Source: Candidatus Omnitrophota bacterium (GTDB taxonomy: Bacteria; Omnitrophota; Gorgyraeia; Zapsychrales; Zapsychraceae). From it: a DNA stretch of 64,000 nucleotides. Of this stretch, positions 18,310 to 28,587 are shown one piece after another. Below the pieces are notes generated by a model. It ran no database searches. It worked only from the letters and a program-made list of their open reading frames with translations, and was not told the origin of the DNA. The translations under genes and the position numbers were made by a program. Position 1 is the first letter of the stretch; every line of letters begins with the position of its first letter. Where the stretch lies: positions 3,572-67,571 of the forward strand of contig JANQMA010000042.1 of the NCBI GenBank assembly GCA_028280285.1, in the 5' to 3' direction.

Positions 18310-19422
18310 GTGAGAATTTTGGTTTTAAATATTGAAGTCTCTGGGATGAATAAATACTTGTTTGCGCAGTTGCGTCAAGCGGGGCATGAATTAATTATAT
18401 GGGATGTGCCTCTTCCTAAACGTTTGCGTTATTGGGCGCTTTTGATTTCATTTGTGCCGCATATGCGCACATGGAAAAAGCGGTTTGATTATCATTTGAA
18501 TAAACTTTATAAGTCTTCCTGGTGTTTTCGCTGGAGGACTAAGCAATGTGAGAAAATCATTAAACAGTATCAAGGGCAGTATGATTTAGTTATTAACATG
18601 ACCGGGATGAATGCTCCTGTTGTGGATTATACACGGTTTTCTGAACTAAAATACGTGGTTATAACGTCTTATAATATGTTCCTCGCTCAAAAATATGATG
18701 AGTGGTGCACATATGAGCATGAGTTTAAGCATTGGTTTGATTTAGAAAAATCGCTTTATCAAAATGCGCAAATAATTTTTACAACTAATGATAATGTTAG
18801 AGAGTCCTTGATTAAGGATTATACGGTTGACAGTTCTCGTTTATTGAAAATGGGCTATGGTCTGACATTCGATGGTGTTGAAGACTATACAAAAGTATAT
18901 GATGGTAAAACAATCTTATTTGTTGGTTTTGATTTTAAACGTAAAGGCGGCTTTACACTGCTTAAAGCTTTTGAAAAAGTCCGCCAGACAAAGCCGGACT
19001 CCAGACTGGTTATTATTGGACCGAATAAGGACATGTATAAAATCGAACAAGAAGGCGTTGAATTTTTAGGACCGGTTAAAGATCGTGAAAAGGTAAAAGA
19101 CTATTATAAGCAAGCTTCCGTTTTTGCTATGCCGTCTGTCTGTGAACCATTCGGTTTAGTATTTCTTGAAGCTATGGCCTATAAGGTGCCGTGTGTAGGC
19201 TCAATGGTGGATGCTATGAATGAAATTATTGAAGATGGAAAGACGGGTTATTTGATTGAACCGAATGATACGGATATGTTGGCCGAGAAAATACTGGCCT
19301 TATTGAATGATCAAAAATTGAATCAGAAAATGGGTGAACAAGCACGTATTAGTTCGATGAATATGTTTTCTTGGGAAGATGTTGGTCAGAATTTGGATAC
19401 GCATATAAGGAAATTATTATGA
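18310..19422 (+). CDS. GT4 glycosyltransferase
   Basis: FVGFDFKRKGG, EPFGLVFLEAMA. Confidence 0.92.
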   Translation: MRILVLNIEVSGMNKYLFAQLRQAGHELIIWDVPLPKRLRYWALLISFVPHMRTWKKRFDYHLNKLYKSSWCFRWRTKQCEKIIKQYQGQYDLVINMTGMNAPVVDYTRFSELKYVVITSYNMFLAQKYDEWCTYEHEFKHWFDLEKSLYQNAQIIFTTNDNVRESLIKDYTVDSSRLLKMGYGLTFDGVEDYTKVYDGKTILFVGFDFKRKGGFTLLKAFEKVRQTKPDSRLVIIGPNKDMYKIEQEGVEFLGPVKDREKVKDYYKQASVFAMPSVCEPFGLVFLEAMAYKVPCVGSMVDAMNEIIEDGKTGYLIEPNDTDMLAEKILALLNDQKLNQKMGEQARISSMNMFSWEDVGQNLDTHIRKLL

Positions 19423-20519
19423 AACTGGCAATTATCCTTTCGGAAAGAGAGCCATACTCAAAGCAAGGTGGGGCATTTTCCGCAAAATCGTTTCAACTGA
19501 CGAGTCGATTTAAAAGATTTACGAAAGTAACGGTTTATTCAAAAGCCACTAAAGAGGAGATTTTTAGAGTTCCGGGTGTAAAACACATTAGTATATCATT
19601 AGGAAAGTATTTAAAGAAATTTCAAAAAGAAGGATTTGGATACTTTTTAGAAGTATGTTTTAGGATTTTGTTATCATCTGATAATATTTTTTTGATATTT
19701 AATAGACCTCATTATGTGTCATTTATACGCAAAATTAAACCAAATAGTAAGATTTATCTATACATGGGCAATGATCATATTGTTTTTCAAAAAGAAACAA
19801 TAATTCGCAAAATGTTAAATGACAGTACAAAAGTAGGATGTGTGAGTAATTATATTGGAGGCGAAATAGTTAAAAAATATCCGGAATATGCGCATAAAGT
19901 TGAAACATTGTATCATGGTGTGAATATTACAAAATTTTCACCAGGAGTTTTTTCTGAGAAAAAAGATCTTACGATTCTTTTTGTTGGGCGTCTTAGTTAT
20001 GATAAGGGGGTCCATGTTCTACTAGAAGCTTTTCGTAGGTTATGTGATAATTATCCGAATATATTGCTTAAAATTGTTGGTTCATCTTGGTTTGGATCTA
20101 ATGCGCAAACGGATTATACCAAACAGTTACAAGATTTGGCAAAAGGCTTAGAGGATAGAATTATTTTTACAGGATTCGTGTTAAATGATCGTATGGGCGA
20201 TGTGTATCGAACAGCAGACATTTTTATAGGGCCCTCCATTTTTCAAGAACCTTCGGGGAATATGAATTTAGAAGCTATGGCAAGTGGGATCCCTGTTATT
20301 AGTACGAAGGTTGGTGGTATACCTGAATTGGTTGGTGAAGCGGGTTTATTGATTTCGTCAGAAAATGTTGATGAGCTTTATGATGCTCTTAAGAAATTAT
20401 TGGATAACTCTCACCTAAGAAAAGAACTTTCAGTAAAAGGGCGAGAGCGTACCGAAAAAGTATTCGATTGGGATAAAGTAATTCATAATTGGGAAAATGC
20501 GTTGATTGGTGGGTATTAA
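19419..20519 (+). CDS. GT4 glycosyltransferase (tandem paralog 1)
   Basis: FVGRLSYDKG, EPSGNMNLEAMASG; start set at ATG 19419 by alignment with the paralog. Confidence 0.9.
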   Translation: MKLAIILSEREPYSKQGGAFSAKSFQLTSRFKRFTKVTVYSKATKEEIFRVPGVKHISISLGKYLKKFQKEGFGYFLEVCFRILLSSDNIFLIFNRPHYVSFIRKIKPNSKIYLYMGNDHIVFQKETIIRKMLNDSTKVGCVSNYIGGEIVKKYPEYAHKVETLYHGVNITKFSPGVFSEKKDLTILFVGRLSYDKGVHVLLEAFRRLCDNYPNILLKIVGSSWFGSNAQTDYTKQLQDLAKGLEDRIIFTGFVLNDRMGDVYRTADIFIGPSIFQEPSGNMNLEAMASGIPVISTKVGGIPELVGEAGLLISSENVDELYDALKKLLDNSHLRKELSVKGRERTEKVFDWDKVIHNWENALIGGY

Positions 20520-20548
20520 AAATCGAGTGAATATACTAGGAGATTTTT

Positions 20549-21652
20549 ATGAAGTTAGGTGTGATATTAGCTGAAAAAGAGCCATTTTCACCTAAGGGTG
20601 GAGCGTTTGCCATAAAATCTTATGAGTTAAGTAAACGGCTAAAAGGGTTTGACAAAATTGTTATTTTTTCAAAGGCTCCTATGCAAGAGGCTTTCAAAGT
20701 TCCAGGGGTAAAACATGTTTCCATTTTTTTTGGTAGAGTTTTAAACCAGTTTCCCAAAATGGGGATGCGGTATTTATTGGAAGTTTGCATGAAACTGTGT
20801 TTTTCTCGTTTTGATGTATTTTTGATATTTAATAGGGTGAATTATGTGGATGTGCTACGCAAAATAAAACCGAAAAGTAAAATTTATTTATATATTGGAA
20901 ATAGTCATATAGTGAATGAAAAAAAGGAAATTGCTGAGAAAATGTTAAAAGCTGTTTCAGGTGTTTTGTGCGTTAGTGGTTTCATTAAAAAAGAAATTGA
21001 TAATAAATACCCACAATTTTCTCATAAAACGTTTTTTTTGCCGCAAGGAATTAATATAAATGAATTTTCACCAGGCTCAGGTGGCACTAAAGACTGTTTG
21101 ACTATTTTATTTGTTGGACGCCTTAATCATGATAAAGGGGTTCATATTTTGCTTGAAGCATATCGTAAAATTATTAAGAAATATCCCCATACGAAGTTGA
21201 AGATTGTTGGATCTTCTTGGTTTGGATCTAATGAAAAAACTGAATATACGGAGAGTCTTCAGGAATTAGCACAAGGACTAGAGGAAAATATTATTTTTAC
21301 CGGATTTGTTCCAAATAACAAAATAAGCGAAGTGTACAAAACGGCTGATATTTTTGTTGCGCCTTCTATTTTTTTGGAACCTGCAGGAATGATGAATATG
21401 GAAGCAATGGCCAGTGGTATCCCGGTCATTACCACTTTGGTGGGGGGAATACCTGAACTTGTGAAAGATGCTGGAATTCTGGTTGATTCTGATAATGTTG
21501 AAGCTACTTATAATGCTTTAGTTATGTTAATTGAAAACCCTTCTTTGAGAGAAGAGTTATCAAAAAAAGGCCGGTATAGGGTAGAAAAAAAGTTTGATTG
21601 GGATAAAGTAATTCATAATTGGGAAAATGCGTTGATTGATTATGAAAAATAA
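20549..21652 (+). CDS. GT4 glycosyltransferase (tandem paralog 2)
   Basis: FVGRLNHDKG, EPAGMMNMEAMASG. Confidence 0.9.
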   Translation: MKLGVILAEKEPFSPKGGAFAIKSYELSKRLKGFDKIVIFSKAPMQEAFKVPGVKHVSIFFGRVLNQFPKMGMRYLLEVCMKLCFSRFDVFLIFNRVNYVDVLRKIKPKSKIYLYIGNSHIVNEKKEIAEKMLKAVSGVLCVSGFIKKEIDNKYPQFSHKTFFLPQGININEFSPGSGGTKDCLTILFVGRLNHDKGVHILLEAYRKIIKKYPHTKLKIVGSSWFGSNEKTEYTESLQELAQGLEENIIFTGFVPNNKISEVYKTADIFVAPSIFLEPAGMMNMEAMASGIPVITTLVGGIPELVKDAGILVDSDNVEATYNALVMLIENPSLREELSKKGRYRVEKKFDWDKVIHNWENALIDYEK

Positions 21653-22565
21653 AATTAAAAAAATACCACTTTTAGGTCCATTTTTACTGTTTGTGAAAAA
21701 AACAGTAGATCATGCTTTTTATTTCTTTTCGTCATTGATTTTCTCCATTAAAGCAGTGTTGAAAATGGGCAGTAGTTTAAATCAAAACCAACGAGAAAAA
21801 TTAATTATTGTGAGTTTAACAAGCATCCCTCAACGTTTAAAAAGTATACATTTAACAATTGAATCAATTTTGTCACAAGAATTTAAGCCAGACAAAGTTA
21901 TTCTTTGGTTATCTGAAGATGATAACAATGGGAATAAAGTGATAAATGAGGATAATTTACCGCATAGTTTAAAACGTTTAGTTGATGTTGGCTTGGAAAT
22001 ACGGTTTTGTGATAATGTGCGTTCTTTTAGAAAGCTGATTTATACATTAAAAGAATATTCAGATGACATCATTGTAACGGCCGATGATGATGTGATTTAC
22101 CCACGATTTTGGCTCAAACATTTGTACTCGGCCTATCTCACCTATCCTAAAGTTGTTCATTACTACAGAGGAAGAAAGATCTTAATGAGAGAGGATGGCA
22201 CATTTGAACCTTATAAAAAATGGCCTTATATGAGTGATGAGGGTGTAACGATGATGGCTATGCCGACAGGTAAAGATGGCATCCTTTATCCTCCCGGATC
22301 ACTGCATGAAGAGGTATTTGATGAAAATAAGTTTATGCAATTATGTCCAACAGCCGATGATATATGGTTTAAGGCGATGGCCATAAAAAACGGCTATCCG
22401 TGTAAATTGGTATCATCCCAAATCAAAGATTTTAAATTGATTGCAGGTTCGCAGTCAACAAACCTTTATAAAGATAATGTGTCCAAAAATGATACACAGA
22501 TGGAAAATGTTTTTGACCATTATGGTTTAAAGAAAATGTTAAATGTGCAGGTGACCAATGGCTAA
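21642..22565 (+). CDS. GT-A fold glycosyltransferase-like protein
   Basis: IIVSLTSIPQR, SFRKLI, IVTADDDVIYP, GILYPPG, ADDIWF. Confidence 0.75.
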   Translation: MKNKIKKIPLLGPFLLFVKKTVDHAFYFFSSLIFSIKAVLKMGSSLNQNQREKLIIVSLTSIPQRLKSIHLTIESILSQEFKPDKVILWLSEDDNNGNKVINEDNLPHSLKRLVDVGLEIRFCDNVRSFRKLIYTLKEYSDDIIVTADDDVIYPRFWLKHLYSAYLTYPKVVHYYRGRKILMREDGTFEPYKKWPYMSDEGVTMMAMPTGKDGILYPPGSLHEEVFDENKFMQLCPTADDIWFKAMAIKNGYPCKLVSSQIKDFKLIAGSQSTNLYKDNVSKNDTQMENVFDHYGLKKMLNVQVTNG

Positions 22566-24081
22566 TAGAGGGCAGCGGGTAATAGTCGGTTTTATTATGC
22601 GCAATTTATATACAATTATAAATATTGTGATTGCCTTTTATATGATGCCGTTTATGTTGCATCATTTAGGCGACCGCATGTATGGGCTGTGGATTCTTAT
22701 GGGGTCTTTTGTCGGCTATTTCGGTTTTTTGGATTTAGGGTTTTCAAGTGCGGTGTCGCGTTATGTTGCAAGGGCTATTGGCAAGAATGATAAAGATGAA
22801 ATCAATGAAATCGTTAACACCGCATTTGTTGTATTTGTATGTCTCAGTATTATTTTAGTGATAGTTGTCAGTACTCTTGTTGTCAGCGCGGAACATATTT
22901 TTAAAGATTTTGAAGAGATAAAAGTTCTTCAAATTCTTCTTATATGTGTAGGGGTAAACCTTACATTCAGTTTCCCGGTGCGAGCGTTTACCGGCGTTAT
23001 AAACGGCAACCTTCAGTATAAAGTTTCAGAGACTATTATCCTTTCTGAGCTGCTTTTGAGGTATGGTTTAATATATATTTTCTTTAAACTAGGCTTCGGT
23101 ATTATATCACTTGGTGTAATTGTTTGTGCGGTGGCGCTTATTACACATGTGGCATGGATTATTAGTGCTTTTAAAGTCGATTCGAATCTTAAGCTTAATT
23201 TAAAATTATTTAATAAAGCGAGACTTAAGGAATTAACTTCGTTTAGTATTTATTCATTTATAAGCAGGATGGGCGACTTGCTCATTAACAAAACGGATGC
23301 TTTTGTTATTGCCGCCTTCTTGGGGCTAACGTTTAATGCTCACTATGCTATTCCTATTGTGCTAATGAGTTATATCAGCAATTTTATAAGCAAAATAGTG
23401 GGATTAATTGGTCCGGTTATTAGTCAAGATGATGGGCGCAATGACATCGAATCTATTAAACAAAAAATGTTTTTAACCATCAAAATAGTCGTTATTTTTG
23501 TCGTCTTTTTTACATCTTTGGCTGTATTCTATGGAGAGCATTTTATTGTTAGATGGGTGGGAAGTGAATACCGGGATGCTTATCCGGTTCTTGTTGTTCA
23601 TGCGATTACAGTGTTGGCATCAAATATTATGATGCCTGCGAATACAGTTTTATTCAACACATCACGGCATAAATATTTGGCAATTATTAAATCGATTGAA
23701 GCGGGATTTAATTTGATCTTAAGCTTAATCCTTGTGACTCGTTTAGGAATGGTGGGGGTTGCCCTTGGAACCTTAATACCGGTTTTGGTCATGAGATTAA
23801 TATTCCAGCCGGTCTATTTATGTAAGGAGTTTTCTATTTCATTTAAAAAGTATTATGTGGATACATTATTAAAAAATATGGTCATAGCGGCAGCACCTAT
23901 AGTAATAACATATTTTATTCTCAAAGATTTTGCAAAAGCTCAGTATCTCACATTGATTTTTATCGGGGCTATTCATGGGATCATTTATGCTGTATTTATT
24001 TGGTTTAAAGGGTTTAGTAATACAGAGCGCGGGTATTTCATGAAATATTTAAAGTTTCAAAAAACAGTTTCATCTGGGTAA
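22558..24081 (+). CDS. wzx: Wzx-type oligosaccharide flippase
   Basis: About 14 TM helices; LGDRMYGLW, LDLGFSSAVSRY, LGMVGVALGT. Confidence 0.85.
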   Translation: MANRGQRVIVGFIMRNLYTIINIVIAFYMMPFMLHHLGDRMYGLWILMGSFVGYFGFLDLGFSSAVSRYVARAIGKNDKDEINEIVNTAFVVFVCLSIILVIVVSTLVVSAEHIFKDFEEIKVLQILLICVGVNLTFSFPVRAFTGVINGNLQYKVSETIILSELLLRYGLIYIFFKLGFGIISLGVIVCAVALITHVAWIISAFKVDSNLKLNLKLFNKARLKELTSFSIYSFISRMGDLLINKTDAFVIAAFLGLTFNAHYAIPIVLMSYISNFISKIVGLIGPVISQDDGRNDIESIKQKMFLTIKIVVIFVVFFTSLAVFYGEHFIVRWVGSEYRDAYPVLVVHAITVLASNIMMPANTVLFNTSRHKYLAIIKSIEAGFNLILSLILVTRLGMVGVALGTLIPVLVMRLIFQPVYLCKEFSISFKKYYVDTLLKNMVIAAAPIVITYFILKDFAKAQYLTLIFIGAIHGIIYAVFIWFKGFSNTERGYFMKYLKFQKTVSSG

Positions 24082-24086
24082 AGATT

Positions 24087-25223
24087 ATGGCAAAGCAAAA
24101 ACATATATTATTTTTACAACCGTATTTTTATAATCCAACGTTACCGAATTTTAAAGATCGGTTTGTTATGTTGTCTGAACAATATAGCGGACATATTATC
24201 TCATCTAATGAAGATCCATCCGGATATAATAAGTTGACTTTTGACAATTTCGTTTACCATTCTTTTCCCCGGGGGCAAAATAAAATAATTAAACACATTA
24301 AGAGAATTCTGTTTGCCTGTAAACTTGTTAAAAAGCTTCATGCAAAACATGAATTTGACTATATTCATGCTTATGATCCGCTATTTTTAGGGTTGGTTAG
24401 TGTCTTAGTTAAAAAGGCTACCCGGGCAAAACTGGTAGTTGAGATCAATGGCCATTTAAAGACGGCAGGGTTTTTACAAAAGAAGGGTTTATTGAGTTGG
24501 TTTAAAAAAATCGCTTATATTCAAACTGTCAAATATGTTATCAAGCATGCAGATATGATTAAATTTCTTAATGCCGATCAAATGGCAGAATGGAAAAAGG
24601 TTGTTAAGAATAAAAAAACAGTTATTTACCATGATTTTGTTCCGACCCATTTATTCGATCCATCACAATCAAAGGACGATCATTATGTCTTGCTCGTTGG
24701 ACATCCATTTCATATAAAAGGTGTTGATATTTTGATTAAAGCCTTTAATCAGATTTCATCAGAGTTTCCCAAAATAAAGCTGAAAATTGTGGGGTTTTGT
24801 CCCAATATACAGGAACGCAAAAAATACGTTGATATGACCGAAGGTAATGCGAATATTGAAATATTGAAACCGGTTGATTACGGTGCAGTAATGACATTGT
24901 TTCAACGCTGCACATTTTTTGTTTTACCGTCACGTACGGAGGCTATGGGACGTGTCCTTATTGAAGCCATGGCATCGGGCAAATCTGTTATTGGCTCGAG
25001 GACAGGAGGTATTCCCAGGTTAGTCAAAGACGGTGAGAACGGTTTTTTATGCCAAAAAGAAAATATAGCAGAGTTGGCCCAAAAGATGAAAGAATTATTG
25101 CAGAATAATGGGTTACGGCAAAATATGGAAAACAAAAGCGTTGCATTAGTTAAAGAGCAGTTTTCCTCTGAACGATATGTGGGCTGTTTTAACAGCATGA
25201 TTGAGGAGTTAGGCCATGCGTAA
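24087..25223 (+). CDS. GT4 glycosyltransferase
   Basis: KGVDILIKAF, PSRTEAMGRVLIEAMASG. Confidence 0.92.
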   Translation: MAKQKHILFLQPYFYNPTLPNFKDRFVMLSEQYSGHIISSNEDPSGYNKLTFDNFVYHSFPRGQNKIIKHIKRILFACKLVKKLHAKHEFDYIHAYDPLFLGLVSVLVKKATRAKLVVEINGHLKTAGFLQKKGLLSWFKKIAYIQTVKYVIKHADMIKFLNADQMAEWKKVVKNKKTVIYHDFVPTHLFDPSQSKDDHYVLLVGHPFHIKGVDILIKAFNQISSEFPKIKLKIVGFCPNIQERKKYVDMTEGNANIEILKPVDYGAVMTLFQRCTFFVLPSRTEAMGRVLIEAMASGKSVIGSRTGGIPRLVKDGENGFLCQKENIAELAQKMKELLQNNGLRQNMENKSVALVKEQFSSERYVGCFNSMIEELGHA

Positions 25224-26481
25224 TTTAAATACAATCGAAAAAAGCAAGACGCCTGTTCAGAATTTTCTATTTATCACGTTTTTGTTTTTTTTATATGTGC
25301 GTATTTATGAAAATTTCTTATTTCTTATTCCATTTCAATTAACGCGTATTTTTATGCTGCTGGCAATGGCCGGTTTTATTATGAAAGCAGGCAACAGTGC
25401 GTTTCATAAAAAACCTTTGATTAAAGAAAACACAATGAAATGGTTTTTGATTTTGCAATTAATGACGATCGCATCGGTTGTTTATTCTGTATGGGCGGCG
25501 AACACTATTAATAAGTTTATAGCGACCAATGTCCGTATTATTATTACATTTGTTTTGTTTGCCAGTTTACTTTATAACAAAAAACAGGTGCAGCTTTTTG
25601 TGAAGACGATTTATTTCTGCATGTTCTTTTTTTCAATTCGCATATTTTTAGCCTTTAAAGCTGGCAGCTATATTTTTGACAGTGGCACTAAACGGATTGT
25701 TGGCGTCGGGACGCTTGCTTCGTCTGACCCTAACGATGTAGCGCTTGTTATGGGAATGACAATACCGCTTGGCCTGCACTATCTTATTGTGAAAAAAGGA
25801 ATGAAACGAATTTTTTATCTGGGATTATTTTTAAGTATATTGTGCGCCCTTGTTGTGACCGGTTCCAGAGGAGGATTGTTGGGGCTTGGTATGGGAACTA
25901 TTACCTTTTTTGCCATGCTTTACCGCAAACAAAAAGCAAAATTTGTTGGCATAATAGCATTATTGTTGATGGTTGCTGTTGTGTTTTTGCCGCAGCAATA
26001 TAAAAATAGGTTTATGTCTATGTTTAATGAACAAGAATATTCGCATACAGATCAGCGGCATGGACGTGTTGCTGTGTGGAAAAGAAGTTTTAATGCATTT
26101 ATGAAACGCCCGATCGGATATGGAGGAGCCAATTCTGTTATCGCGGAAGGGGGCGTTAAGCGGGCACAGGGGGTTACAGGAAAATGGATGGTTATACACA
26201 ATTCCTATTTACAAATGGGCTTAGAGATTGGTGTTTTGGGGCTGATCATCTATTTGATGTTTCTTAAATCCGGTTTTGATAATCTCAGGTATGTGATTAA
26301 TAAAACGGGTGCAAATAAGGACCGGGAAAGTGAAGTCCTCGCGTGTGCATTAATTGGCGGTTTGACAGCTTTTTTGGTGTCAGGAATGTTTTTATCGCAG
26401 GCCTATAATTGGAATCCTTATATTTATATTGTCCTTGCGATGGGACTTAAACGGAGTATTGAGCAGCAATATGGAAAATAA
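25216..26481 (+). CDS. O-antigen ligase / Wzy_C family polymerase
   Basis: DPNDVAL, TGSRGG, HNSYLQMGLEIG; multi-TM. Confidence 0.88.
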   Translation: MRNLNTIEKSKTPVQNFLFITFLFFLYVRIYENFLFLIPFQLTRIFMLLAMAGFIMKAGNSAFHKKPLIKENTMKWFLILQLMTIASVVYSVWAANTINKFIATNVRIIITFVLFASLLYNKKQVQLFVKTIYFCMFFFSIRIFLAFKAGSYIFDSGTKRIVGVGTLASSDPNDVALVMGMTIPLGLHYLIVKKGMKRIFYLGLFLSILCALVVTGSRGGLLGLGMGTITFFAMLYRKQKAKFVGIIALLLMVAVVFLPQQYKNRFMSMFNEQEYSHTDQRHGRVAVWKRSFNAFMKRPIGYGGANSVIAEGGVKRAQGVTGKWMVIHNSYLQMGLEIGVLGLIIYLMFLKSGFDNLRYVINKTGANKDRESEVLACALIGGLTAFLVSGMFLSQAYNWNPYIYIVLAMGLKRSIEQQYGK

Positions 26482-27619
26482 TATGCAAAAAACGAATGTT
26501 CTTTTTATGCTGCCGAATTTTGATACGGGCGGATCTGAAAAATTGGTTGTCGATATCGTTTCTCGTCTTGACCGCAGTAAATTTTCACCGGTTGTGTGTG
26601 TGTTCTTTTCCGGGTTTTATGAAAATAAGATCAGAGAACTAAATATTCCGTTTTATGTCATTCATAAGGACAAGATTCGCTCAAAACTGGCAACGGCCCT
26701 GTTTATTAACGATATCATCAAAAAACATAAGGTTGATGTTGTGAATACTCATCATGCCAGTCCGCTTATCCAGGGTATTATTCCATTTAAGCTGCTTAAT
26801 CGTGTTAAGTGGATTCACACCGAACACACACGTTTGGATCTTGATCCGAATATTACACCGTGGATTTTGATGATTGAAAAAATATGTCTTAGGTTCGTTG
26901 ATATTTGTTTGGGTATTTCAGATGGTGTGTGTGATTACTTTGCAAACGAACTTAAGGTCAATAAAGACAAAATCAAAAAAATTTATAACGGGGTTGATGT
27001 CAGTCGTTTTATTTGGGATGCAAGTGAGTCTAATATGTTAAAAGAAAAATACCGCAAAGATATAAATATTGATGCACAGAAAGTTGTTATTGGAACTTTT
27101 GCTAATTTTCGCGAACAAAAAAACCATAAATGTCTAATCGAGGCCATACACAAGATAACGGAGACAGGATGCAATAACTTCCACCTGGTGCTTCCAGGTA
27201 GTGGTCCTGAAAAAGAAAAAATTGAACAACAAGTGTGTGACTTAAAGCTTGCATCAAAGGTGAGTTTTCTAGGTCCACGATCAGATATTCCTGAACTAAT
27301 GAATATGATAGATATTTATTGCCTGCCGTCTTTTTTTGAGGGGCTGCCATTTAGTTTGATTGAGGCGGCTGTTGCCGGCAAACAGGTTATTGCGACTGAT
27401 GTGATCGGTAACAGAGATGTTGTTAAGGCTATGGGGCGTGGTCAGCTGGTCCCATCTGATGATTCCAAAATGCTGGCCGATGTTTTGGTTGCGGCTATTC
27501 ACACCCATGGTGAAGAGAAACCAAATACTGATTGGCGGCCGGATAAACAATACACAATGGATGGGATGATGGAATCCTACGCGGCGTTGTTTAAAGGGGA
27601 GTTTACTAATGGTTTATAG
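26471..27619 (+). CDS. GT4 glycosyltransferase
   Basis: GGSEK, HTEH, QKNH, PSFFEGLPFSLIEA. Confidence 0.9.
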   Translation: MENNMQKTNVLFMLPNFDTGGSEKLVVDIVSRLDRSKFSPVVCVFFSGFYENKIRELNIPFYVIHKDKIRSKLATALFINDIIKKHKVDVVNTHHASPLIQGIIPFKLLNRVKWIHTEHTRLDLDPNITPWILMIEKICLRFVDICLGISDGVCDYFANELKVNKDKIKKIYNGVDVSRFIWDASESNMLKEKYRKDINIDAQKVVIGTFANFREQKNHKCLIEAIHKITETGCNNFHLVLPGSGPEKEKIEQQVCDLKLASKVSFLGPRSDIPELMNMIDIYCLPSFFEGLPFSLIEAAVAGKQVIATDVIGNRDVVKAMGRGQLVPSDDSKMLADVLVAAIHTHGEEKPNTDWRPDKQYTMDGMMESYAALFKGEFTNGL

Positions 27620-28586
27620 CCTTGTCTTTGTTAGAATTTTAGCGATAGTTTTAATTGTCAACGAGCATCTTTCTTCTTTTTATCCGGATCCGCGTTTTGC
27701 TTGGGGAGGGTATATCGGTAATGGTCTTTTTTATCTTATATCAGGCTACGGACTCACCTTAACGCAAATGCGAAAACCTCTTAACGTTTTTAACTGGTAC
27801 AAAAAGCGGCTTTTAAAAATCCTTATCCCATTTCTTTTTTATATATTTGTCCTTCATTTCGGTGATTGGGCGAAAATCATTTGGACGATTAAACATAACT
27901 TGATTATCACAAGCGTCGAGCAGCTAGGTTATTTTTTCGGGGTGCTCTGGATTTTGTATCTTTTATTTTTGCCGCTTAATCAACTGAGTACAAAAAATTT
28001 AATACGTGGATTAGGATTGTTTGCGGGGTATGTCCTTATTTCTATGATCTTTAAGATTCAACAGATCGAAGGCGTTGTTCCGAAAAACTTAGCAACAACT
28101 GAACTTAACTTTCTGTATAGCGGTATTATCTGTTTTATGCTGGGAATGATTAGTGCGCGAAAAAAAGTGGATCAGATCTTTTCCGATAATCCGCGGCTAT
28201 ATGGATTATTAGCCGTTGTATTTATATTGGGTACACAGATTTTGCACCGTATTTTATATAAGATTAATGATCATTTAATCTTTTTCAATTTTTTCTTAAG
28301 TATAATGTGTATCTTTGGGGTTTACATGCTTTTTAGTCTGCCGTGGACGCATATTTTTGAAAAAATAATTCAGCCACTTCATGCTATTGCTGGTTCATCA
28401 TTGGCGGTCTATTTTGTGCATTTTTTTATGATGAAAACAGTCGCACATTTAGGGATTGCCTTTCCCTATAATGTGATCGCTGTTTTTATGTATTCATTTA
28501 TTTTTGCGTATCCTTTAACACGCATAGCAGTGGCTATTTCTGACTGGGTTTTGGGCGGTTTGGATAGAATGAAGCGAGAGAACTAA
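27609..28586 (+). CDS. Membrane O-acyltransferase (Acyl_transf_3)
   Basis: VRILAIVLIVNEH, FYLISGYG, KKRLLKILIP, SLAVYFVH. Confidence 0.82.
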   Translation: MVYSLVFVRILAIVLIVNEHLSSFYPDPRFAWGGYIGNGLFYLISGYGLTLTQMRKPLNVFNWYKKRLLKILIPFLFYIFVLHFGDWAKIIWTIKHNLIITSVEQLGYFFGVLWILYLLFLPLNQLSTKNLIRGLGLFAGYVLISMIFKIQQIEGVVPKNLATTELNFLYSGIICFMLGMISARKKVDQIFSDNPRLYGLLAVVFILGTQILHRILYKINDHLIFFNFFLSIMCIFGVYMLFSLPWTHIFEKIIQPLHAIAGSSLAVYFVHFFMMKTVAHLGIAFPYNVIAVFMYSFIFAYPLTRIAVAISDWVLGGLDRMKREN

Positions 28587-28587
28587 T

